A DNA stretch of 64,000 nucleotides, from contig OZ246408.1 of the NCBI GenBank assembly GCA_965231015.1, positions 921,908-985,907 on the forward strand, given 5' to 3'. This DNA is from an uncultured Gammaproteobacteria bacterium (lineage in GTDB: Bacteria > Patescibacteriota > Patescibacteriia > UBA9934 > CAZDDW01). The notes beneath the pieces are model-generated. The model made no database searches and was not told the DNA's origin. It saw only the letters and a program-made list of their open reading frames with translations. Below, piece after piece: positions 29,393-36,463 of this stretch; the stretch's first letter is position 1; every line of letters starts with the position of its first letter. A program made the translations under genes and the position numbers.

Positions 29393-30214
29393 CTACAACG
29401 GACTCGCGATATTGCGGACCGCCGGATTGGTCACATGCGTGTAAACTTGCGTCGTCCTGATATTCTGATGCCCGAGCAAAGCCTGCACATACCGCACATC
29501 AACGCCGTTCTCAAGCAGATGAGTAGCGAAAGAATGCCGGAGCGAATGAAACGTGGCCGGTTTTTTTATATCCGCGTGATTAAGCGCGTGCTCAAATATT
29601 TTCTGGGCCGTTCTTTTGGTAAGCTTGCCGCCGCGCTGGCTTTCGAACACCAGCGCGTCGCTGTCCCTGCCAAGACAAAGCACTCGGAGCGGTTCAACGA
29701 GCGAATCCGGCAACACACTGATCCGGTCCTTTTTGCCTTTGCCCTGCCTCACGAATACGGTTTTGCCCTCAAGATCGAGATCTTGAACGCGCACAGCCAC
29801 CGCTTCGCTGACGCGCAGACCGGCGGCGTAAGCGAGGCCAATTAAAGTCCGGTGCTTGAGGTTACGGATCGTCCCGAGCAGGCGCAAAATCTCATCGCGA
29901 GTGAGCGTACTCGGCAAACGCTTAGGCCGTTTAGCGTACGGCAATTTCAGGTCAAACGACCTCCCGAGCAAGTTACGCGCGTAAAACATAATCGCCTGCA
30001 AATGCAGATTAATGGTCGAAGCCGCCGCATCGCCATCATGCTTGGCCAGTAAAAACGACCCGAGCTCGTCATGGTCAACGCGATTCGGATCCGGATATTC
30101 CAAAAAAAATGCTTTTAGCGATCCCAGGTACGACTTTCTGGTCGCCGGACTGTAGTTTTTGAGCTTCAGAAAACGATCAGTCGCCTCCAGAGCCTCGGAG
30201 GTTGAAACAAACAT
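29393..30214 (-). CDS. Integron-integrase-like tyrosine recombinase lacking the IntI-specific insertion
   Basis: N-terminal LKNYSPATRKSY, KRPKRLP, GLRVSE, GKGKKDR, HSLRHSFATHLLE, LLGH, TQVYTHV, C-terminal IASPL; divergent from the cassette array. Confidence 0.9.
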   Translation of the reverse strand: MFVSTSEALEATDRFLKLKNYSPATRKSYLGSLKAFFLEYPDPNRVDHDELGSFLLAKHDGDAAASTINLHLQAIMFYARNLLGRSFDLKLPYAKRPKRLPSTLTRDEILRLLGTIRNLKHRTLIGLAYAAGLRVSEAVAVRVQDLDLEGKTVFVRQGKGKKDRISVLPDSLVEPLRVLCLGRDSDALVFESQRGGKLTKRTAQKIFEHALNHADIKKPATFHSLRHSFATHLLENGVDVRYVQALLGHQNIRTTQVYTHVTNPAVRNIASPL

Positions 30215-30360
30215 AAGATTATGCTTAAATAAACAAAAATCTCCCCTCGATTGTGGGGAGTCTAAATTTAAGGTAACATAAGTTTGTGCTTTTGTAAAGG
30301 GGTTGTACCTCACAAATATCCCCAAGCCGCATAATCTACAGCATCCCATCCTTTATCCGA

Positions 30361-30395
30361 ACTTTACTTCACATATAAACGAGTTGTGGCGAAAT
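30361..30395 (+). other. Putative attI-like primary recombination site (crossover G|TT at 30383)
   Basis: ACATATAAACGAG|TTGTGGCGAAAT is the first GTT core of the array and has no preceding hairpin. Confidence 0.55.
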
Positions 30396-30461
30396 CGCTT
30401 CGCTCCTTCGCCACAACGGCCGGCGGCTACGCCTTTTGTTGCGCTCGTCGCTACGCGACAT

Positions 30462-30547
30462 CGCACAACAGTCAGCTATGCGGACATGGCCCGTCGACGA
30501 GCAAGCTCGTCTCCGGACCACGTCGCATAGCCGCCGGCCGTTATATG
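30462..30547 (+). repeat. attC-like site 1
   Basis: CGCACAAC...GCTATGCG/CGCATAGC...GTTATATG. Confidence 0.75.
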
Positions 30548-30580
30548 AAATAAATTTTTAAAAATTAACTCCGTAAAATT

Positions 30581-30937
30581 ATGAAACCACAAATTAAAGC
30601 GATATACATGTCCGTTAAGGATATGCAAAGAGCAGTAAAATTCTATGAGGAAATTTTTGATGTTAAAGTCTCTTCTTCTGATGAGAGGATGAGCTCTTTC
30701 GACTTTGAAAATATTTCCTTCCTTTTGTTTGATCCAAGTGCTGATGGTGAAGAGGCTTCAATTGGCAATAACGTTGTCCCAAATATTGAGGTGGAAGATG
30801 TTAATAAAATGTTAGATTTGATAAAACAGAAAGGTTGTGAGATTGTTATGCCATTGGAAGAAATCGATAAGTATTTGATTTTTCAAACAAAAGATACGGA
30901 AGGAAATATCATAGAATTTTACCAGATAGGCCGTTAA
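30581..30937 (+). CDS. Cassette gene: VOC/glyoxalase-bleomycin-resistance family
   Basis: VKDMQRAVKFYEEIF, IEVEDV, KDTEGNIIEF. Confidence 0.88.
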   Translation: MKPQIKAIYMSVKDMQRAVKFYEEIFDVKVSSSDERMSSFDFENISFLLFDPSADGEEASIGNNVVPNIEVEDVNKMLDLIKQKGCEIVMPLEEIDKYLIFQTKDTEGNIIEFYQIGR

Positions 30938-30954
30938 TTTTTAAAAATTTACAT

Positions 30955-31102
30955 CACATAACAGCGTGTATCTGGTTCGGCAGATTTGACGCAATTAGAT
31001 TCAAAAGGAATGTCAAATCAGCCTCTCCCAAATTTCGCAAAAAACTATTAGATTTTCAAAGGAGTTTTTGCGAAACTTCAGATACACGCGGACGTTGTGG
31101 CG
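30955..31102 (+). repeat. attC-like site 2
   Basis: CACATAAC A GCGTGTATCTG...CAGATACACGC GGAC GTTGTGGCG with two internal hairpins. Confidence 0.8.
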
Positions 31103-31173
31103 AAATAATGAAAAATTCTTTTGCCCTATTGGGCAAATTTAATCGGGGCAATTTTTATTCATTTTTAACGCAT

Positions 31174-32349
31174 ATGAAGGGCATTAAAAAATACACACAC
31201 GAAGAAAGAGAAGCGGTTCTTTATGAAATGGTTCCGCTTATTAAGCGCAAGTTTGGAAAAAATCTTTTGGCTATTGCCGCGCGCGGATCATTTGCACGAA
31301 ACACAGATTTGCCATATTCCGATTTAGAGCTTTTTGCTTTCTTGAAAGAAATGCCACGCGGCCAGAAAAAACTTCCTTACGCAAAAATGCATAAAATCAG
31401 AAATGGCCTTTCTGTAGAGCTTATCTGGATTACTGAAAAAACATACATTAACGAAGTTAAAGAAGTTAACGGATCTTGGTTTGGTGTTGGCTCGGAAAAG
31501 CTCTTGCCTGTCTACGGTAAAAAATTCATTGACAAATTGAACCGACACAAGCCAAAGAATGTAAAACAAAAAGCTCTGGAACAAGCGGCGGCATTATGGC
31601 CGGGCATTTTCTTTTCAAGCTCTGCTGTTATAAAGATCGCGGAACAAAAAGATCATGAAAAGGTCGCCCTTGCCATGTATCACATGTTTGAAAACATTTT
31701 GAATTTTTTAGCATTTATCAACCAATCGCCATATTCAAGTAGCTCGCAAAAGATTATTGAATCCAAAAAATTCAAAATTAAGCCAAAAGATTTTTCAAAA
31801 CTACAACAACTGATACTTCATGGGGATTTTCGAAAATATACCGAGATTCAAAAATTAACAGCAAGCGTTGTTAAGGATCTAAAGGCATATCTCCAAAATG
31901 CAGGCTTTGAACCAAGCGAAGATCTTGTTAGTAAAAAACGACCCGACCAATTTGGTATGAAAGATAAAACGACTCGTTACGAGCAGGCCGTGGAGATATG
32001 GGAAAAGGTCCAAGAATCCACGACCAAAACCCTTAATGCCGCTGAAACAAAAAACAAAGAAGGTATGGCGACCGTTATTAATGACATGTTTTTTCAGTAT
32101 CTAAAAATTCTGTCCTGCCTGAATACAAAAACCTTAAGATTTTCACAAATCATCACCGACGCGAAAAAATTGAAATACAAACCGGCAGGATTCTCCAAGC
32201 TGATTAGAATTATCGAGAATGGAGAATACGGCCAATTTGTTGAGATCAAAAAAGTTGTCATGAGCGTTTTTGCTGGACTCGAGAGCAAACTTGAAAAGTT
32301 AGGATATGAATTCTATCAAGATAATGTAGATCCGAATAAAAATGAATAA
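31174..32349 (+). CDS. Cassette gene: kanamycin nucleotidyltransferase ANT(4')-like, duplicated C-terminal domain
   Basis: GSFARNTDLPYSDLE nucleotidyltransferase motif; two similar helical C-terminal blocks. Confidence 0.75.
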   Translation: MKGIKKYTHEEREAVLYEMVPLIKRKFGKNLLAIAARGSFARNTDLPYSDLELFAFLKEMPRGQKKLPYAKMHKIRNGLSVELIWITEKTYINEVKEVNGSWFGVGSEKLLPVYGKKFIDKLNRHKPKNVKQKALEQAAALWPGIFFSSSAVIKIAEQKDHEKVALAMYHMFENILNFLAFINQSPYSSSSQKIIESKKFKIKPKDFSKLQQLILHGDFRKYTEIQKLTASVVKDLKAYLQNAGFEPSEDLVSKKRPDQFGMKDKTTRYEQAVEIWEKVQESTTKTLNAAETKNKEGMATVINDMFFQYLKILSCLNTKTLRFSQIITDAKKLKYKPAGFSKLIRIIENGEYGQFVEIKKVVMSVFAGLESKLEKLGYEFYQDNVDPNKNE

Positions 32350-32402
32350 AAATTGCCCCGATTAAATAATTCGCTATCGCGAATTAAGAATTTTCATTAC
32401 AT

Positions 32403-32491
32403 CGTACAACAGCGTGTATGAGACTACGGCTTTTTACAAAAGCCTCCGCCCAAATTGCTACGCAACTTCGCATACACGCGAACGTTAACTG
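32403..32491 (+). repeat. attC-like site 3
   Basis: CGTACAAC A GCGTGTATG...CATACACGC GAAC GTTAACTG. Confidence 0.8.
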
Positions 32492-32523
32492 AAATTTGCC
32501 TTAATTACTTTCATAAATAACGT

Positions 32524-32945
32524 ATGCATTTACTCAAAAAAATAATATCACCCATACTGTACGTAGCTTTTCTCGCCCCTGTCTTCATAGGCACTATTGC
32601 CGTTATTGCATTTTAGAATTTACTATTGGTCTGTCGAGTTTTATTCTAACAGGACTCCCAGAAGTATTTATCTCATTTATTGCAATAGGCGGTTTATTAT
32701 TTTGGTTAGCCAACAAACTAATGACGGGACTCGAAAATCTACTCAAACCAAATATACTCGATCACCTTCGTCAATCATCTTTGTACTATTATACAGTAGT
32801 TTACGCATTAATTGCGCTAATACGGTCTGGCTATCACGGCGGTCTCGGAGAAGCATACATGCTAATTGGATTGGCAACTTCAGTATGGGCGATTATTGTT
32901 AATGCAATTTTTTTGTATAAACGACGTAAGGCAAACATCAGCTAA
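32524..32945 (+). pseudogene. Cassette gene: small membrane protein split by a 1-nt frameshift
   Basis: Adding one T to the T4 run at 32611-32614 joins MHLLKKIISP... to the 32721-32945 frame. Confidence 0.65.
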
Positions 32946-33067
32946 CACTGCGTATGCGGTTACGGCTTGCTCCGTGCCTCCGCAAGCCTCCACCCATATT
33001 TGCCACTGCTACCGCTTCGCGATATTATAGCAGTGGCAAACATCGCCTATTCACGGACGTTGTGGCG
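32939..33067 (+). repeat. attC-like site 4
   Basis: CAGCTAAC...GGCTTGC/GCAAGCC, TTTGCCACTGCTA/TAGCAGTGGCAAA...GGAC GTTGTGGCG. Confidence 0.75.
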
Positions 33068-33152
33068 AAATCGCTTCGCTCCTTCGCCACAACGGCCAAT
33101 AAATTCTTTTTATTTATAATTTGGGGGAGTTTTATTCTCGCTTCGTAAAAAT

Positions 33153-33674
33153 ATGTCAAAATCACTGAATATAAAATTTGAAAAAGCTGTGCGAATTTTG
33201 TCGGAATATATGCCACCGTCTGATGAAAATAGCAAAAAGCCTGTGATGTTTCACGACATACGCGTTGGCGTGTATTTATATGAAAATGGTTATTCAGAAG
33301 ATGTTGTTTTGGCTGGCATTTTGCACGATACGATTGAATGGTCTGGTGCTAACGAACAATTATTGAGAGATGAATTCGGCGACAATGTTGTCCGCTTGAT
33401 TTTTGCAAGCACCAAAGATGATACGATTGTAGACAAGGTGGAAAAAACAAACGAACTGATCCAAAGGTGTGTGCAAAACGGGCAAGAAGCTCTTATTGTA
33501 AAAACCGCTGATATTATTGATAGCTTCAAGTGGTATGCCAGCCAAAACAACGAGGACGAACTGAAAAACCATTGTGTAAAGAACGCCAACGCTATTTTCA
33601 AATTTAAACCGGAAGATTTTGACGATAAAATATTTGATGAGCTTAAAATCTGGCAAGAAAGATTTGCGGTATAA
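33153..33674 (+). CDS. Cassette gene: HD-domain protein (Mesh1/SpoT hydrolase-like)
   Basis: KPVMFH, AGILHDTIE, LRDEFG, IVKTADIIDS. Confidence 0.8.
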   Translation: MSKSLNIKFEKAVRILSEYMPPSDENSKKPVMFHDIRVGVYLYENGYSEDVVLAGILHDTIEWSGANEQLLRDEFGDNVVRLIFASTKDDTIVDKVEKTNELIQRCVQNGQEALIVKTADIIDSFKWYASQNNEDELKNHCVKNANAIFKFKPEDFDDKIFDELKIWQERFAV

Positions 33675-33728
33675 AACCGAATAAAACTTCCCCAAATACA
33701 TTAAGGAAGGAAGAATTTATTGGCACAT

Positions 33729-33820
33729 CGGACAACACGGCATATCCGGTTCAAGAATTTTTGTTCCTCCGCCAGCCAGCGGATACACAAAAACTTCGGA
33801 TGATGCCGATACGTTAGGCG
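33729..33820 (+). repeat. attC-like site 5
   Basis: CGGACAAC A CGGCATATCCG...CGGATGATGCCG ATAC GTTAGGCG. Confidence 0.75.
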
Positions 33821-33846
33821 CAATATCATTTTAATCAATTTTCCTT

Positions 33847-34443
33847 ATGGCAGACACAATTCTACTAAACAACGAAGCTTATCATATTAGCGAGGACGAC
33901 CTTCCTTGCCTCATTCATTATGCACCGAAAGCTGGCGGGTCTCATTTCTCAGTAGCAATGGTCGCTGATTTGTTTTTGCGTGGCTCAAAAATTTTGTTTC
34001 TTACAGCATATCCAATGGCCAAGGATAATTTTTTACAACAGATTAAAGGAGAAGAATCAAAAACTGCTTTTATCACTAATGCGAGTCAGCTTAACACTGA
34101 TGCACAAGCAATTATTCTGGAAAGTGGCAACGAAAAGCTATTTCTGCAAGCGGTTGAAAAGCTGGATGATCTAAACGAGCGTGTCGTGCTTGTAAAAAAT
34201 ATAGAAGTGTTCAGCGACGCAGTTTTTGAATCTTGTTTGAAACTGCAAAAAATTATCCTTTCCGGCAACTTAGACGAGTGCTCAATGAAAAAACAAATCA
34301 GCGAGAAGCAATATAAAACGACTGTAGTTTTCAGCAAGTCAGAAACTCCATTAAAAGTCGAGCCACCAGAGCTGGAAAAATACAAAGGTTATCTTTGGAG
34401 CGACGGCAAGGAAGGTCTAGTATCAGTTCAAATGGAAAATTGA
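33847..34443 (+). CDS. Cassette gene: hypothetical alpha/beta protein (possibly degenerate P-loop fold)
   Basis: 198-aa ORF filling the cassette; LIHYAPKAGGSH followed by KILFLT. Confidence 0.75.
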   Translation: MADTILLNNEAYHISEDDLPCLIHYAPKAGGSHFSVAMVADLFLRGSKILFLTAYPMAKDNFLQQIKGEESKTAFITNASQLNTDAQAIILESGNEKLFLQAVEKLDDLNERVVLVKNIEVFSDAVFESCLKLQKIILSGNLDECSMKKQISEKQYKTTVVFSKSETPLKVEPPELEKYKGYLWSDGKEGLVSVQMEN

Positions 34444-34502
34444 TTAAAATGATACTCTTCGCCCGCCCTTCGGGACGTTGCACTCGGGCTCGACCTGCGG
34501 CG

Positions 34503-34621
34503 CGCCTAACACAGAATATGCGGTTTCACTCCCGTTGGTCGCTACACCCATATTTGCCAGAGGTCGCCCTTCGGGCATATTATACCGCTGTCAAACATCG
34601 CATACTGCGGAACGTTAGGCG
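34503..34621 (+). repeat. attC-like site 6
   Basis: CGCCTAAC...TATGCG/CGCATA...GAAC GTTAGGCG. Confidence 0.72.
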
Positions 34622-34671
34622 AAATAATTTTCGGGGGCTACGTAAGATAACTTTTATTTACTTTAAACAAT

Positions 34672-35319
34672 ATGTCCAAAGTAATGAATCCAAAAATCAA
34701 AATCAAAGAAACTGCACTTCTTGTTATTGATGTCACTAACGCATGGGCTCATCCAACTTGCGAGATTAAAAAGTGGGATGTTACATTTGGGAAAATCCGC
34801 AAAATGGTCCCAAAACTCCAGAAATTCATTAAAGATTATCAATCAGTAGGTGGTAATGTTATTTACATAAAAAGCACACCTTGGGATAAGAAACATTTAG
34901 CCAAAAATCTTATTGAGTTTTACAAAGATCCTGCGGTTTGTTTTTATTCAAGAAATATTTATTCAGACAAAGTCAGAAAGTTTTCAGATGAATTTTACAA
35001 AATAAGTCCTGAAAAAAATGATGTTGTTCTTGAAAAAAACAGTTATGATGCTTTTGTTAATCCACAACTCAATAAGATTTTGAAAAAGAAGAAAATTAAG
35101 TATCTTATCCCGACCGGAGTTTTGGGAGATGGTTGTGTACACGCAACAATTCAGGGCGGATTTTCCCAAGGATATAATTATCTCATTCTAAAAGATTTAG
35201 TTGAAACAACAGATTTACCAATCAGACAAAGATTGATAAAAATGATGAGAGAATTCTATTGGCCCATGCTTTATGGAAAAACTATCAATGCTAAAAGTTT
35301 CTTTGATTTTGTGGAGTAG
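34672..35319 (+). CDS. Cassette gene: isochorismatase-family cysteine hydrolase
   Basis: ETALLVID, KNSYDAF, GVLGDGCV (D-K-C triad). Confidence 0.88.
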   Translation: MSKVMNPKIKIKETALLVIDVTNAWAHPTCEIKKWDVTFGKIRKMVPKLQKFIKDYQSVGGNVIYIKSTPWDKKHLAKNLIEFYKDPAVCFYSRNIYSDKVRKFSDEFYKISPEKNDVVLEKNSYDAFVNPQLNKILKKKKIKYLIPTGVLGDGCVHATIQGGFSQGYNYLILKDLVETTDLPIRQRLIKMMREFYWPMLYGKTINAKSFFDFVE

Positions 35320-35389
35320 AACGCCCCCGAAAATTACTTGCTCACTTCGTTCGCACCCCGCTGCGCTCTCCTCCCGTTGGTCGTCGGAT

Positions 35390-35457
35390 CACTTAACAAG
35401 GATTATGAGGAAAATGGCTCGGCTCGGCATTTTCCTCATAATCCTGACGTTAGGACG
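35390..35457 (+). repeat. attC-like site 7
   Basis: CACTTAAC A AGGATTATGAGGAAAATG/CATTTTCCTCATAATCCT GAC GTTAGGACG, 18-bp perfect stem. Confidence 0.8.
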
Positions 35458-35571
35458 CCATCGCGAGCTACGCTCGCTCTCGTCGTCCGCCGGTGGCGGC
35501 CACTTCGCATCAGTCGCAGCCCGTTATGTGAAATAACTAAAAATATATTACTTATAATTAAACATAACGAT

Positions 35572-35769
35572 ATGCCAAATCTAATGGACATATGTGAGTC
35601 TTTAGCTCAAGAAGGAAGACTTGCACAAAACTACGTATAATTTCAAAAAACCGTAAAGGATAAAGGAGGTAAGGCCAAGTTTGGAGAATTATCAAAGCTA
35701 TCTGAAAAACAAATGGAAATTTTACTCGATCTTATTAAAGAAGGAAATTGGCCCAACCAGAAAGGTTAG
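35572..35769 (+). pseudogene. Decayed last cassette gene
   Basis: ATG after GTTATGTGAAAT (35523); in-frame TAA at 35638 and the frame continues to TAG 35769; no closing attC-like site seen. Confidence 0.5.
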
Positions 35770-35866
35770 GTCAGCTGTTTACCAGCCGACAATTGCGACC
35801 ACAACTTGGGAATCTAATCACAAAGATTCCCTTTTTTTATTTCTAAAAAAATTGTATAATGGCCTT

Positions 35867-36403
35867 ATGAAATGGAAAAAACTAAGCTCTAAAATAGTTT
35901 ATAAAAACCCTTGGTTACAGCTAAGGGAAGATACAGTAATTCGCCCTGACGGCAAAAAAGGGAAATATGGTATTGTTGAACGGCCGCCTGTAAATTTTAT
36001 CATCGCTTTAGACAAGGGGGGATCAATTTTTTTTATTAAAGAATACAGATATCCAATAAAAAAAACTATCTTACAGCTACCAGCTGGCACCACGGATAAA
36101 AATAAAAGTGCTCTAACTTCCGCCAAACAAGAACTTTTTGAAGAATCAGGATTAAAGGCTAAAAATTGGAAAAAGATTGGTAAGTTTTATATCGGCCCGG
36201 GACACGAAAGTATTTACGCCAATGTATTTCTAGCAACGGAACTAATTTTAGTAAAAAATAAATTGGATCGGCCGGGAGATGAGTTAATATTTAAAGTCAT
36301 AAAGTTGCCTATTGTAAAAATCAAACAATTAATAAAGTCTGATAAAATTGAATGTGGTATAACGCTGGCCGCTTTAAATTTATATTTTTCAAAAAATAAA
36401 TAA
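35867..36403 (+). CDS. NUDIX hydrolase (ADP-ribose pyrophosphatase-like)
   Basis: EYRYP, LPAG...AKQELFEESG Nudix box; TATAAT lies 6 nt upstream. Confidence 0.9.
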   Translation: MKWKKLSSKIVYKNPWLQLREDTVIRPDGKKGKYGIVERPPVNFIIALDKGGSIFFIKEYRYPIKKTILQLPAGTTDKNKSALTSAKQELFEESGLKAKNWKKIGKFYIGPGHESIYANVFLATELILVKNKLDRPGDELIFKVIKLPIVKIKQLIKSDKIECGITLAALNLYFSKNK

Positions 36404-36463
36404 TAAATATAAGTAAATAAAAAAGAGGGATCAAAATTATCATATTCTGGTCCCTCGTATTTT

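Larger units (their letters stand above)
30383..35769 (+). mobile_element. Integron-like gene cassette array (about 9 cassettes)
   Basis: GTT cores at 30383, 30540, 31094, 32484, 33059, 33813, 34614, 35449, 35523; co-oriented, unrelated AT-rich genes in between. Confidence 0.88.

Noticed and set aside
29366-29845. 159-aa plus-strand ORF
   Set aside because: Antisense shadow of the tyrosine recombinase.
30383-35530. CRISPR array interpretation of the recurring GTT...AAC repeats
   Set aside because: Repeats are variable, separated by whole genes rather than 30-40 nt spacers, and no cas genes are present.
35867-36403. NUDIX gene as a further cassette
   Set aside because: No flanking GTT/AAC cores or terminal IR; it has its own -10 box.
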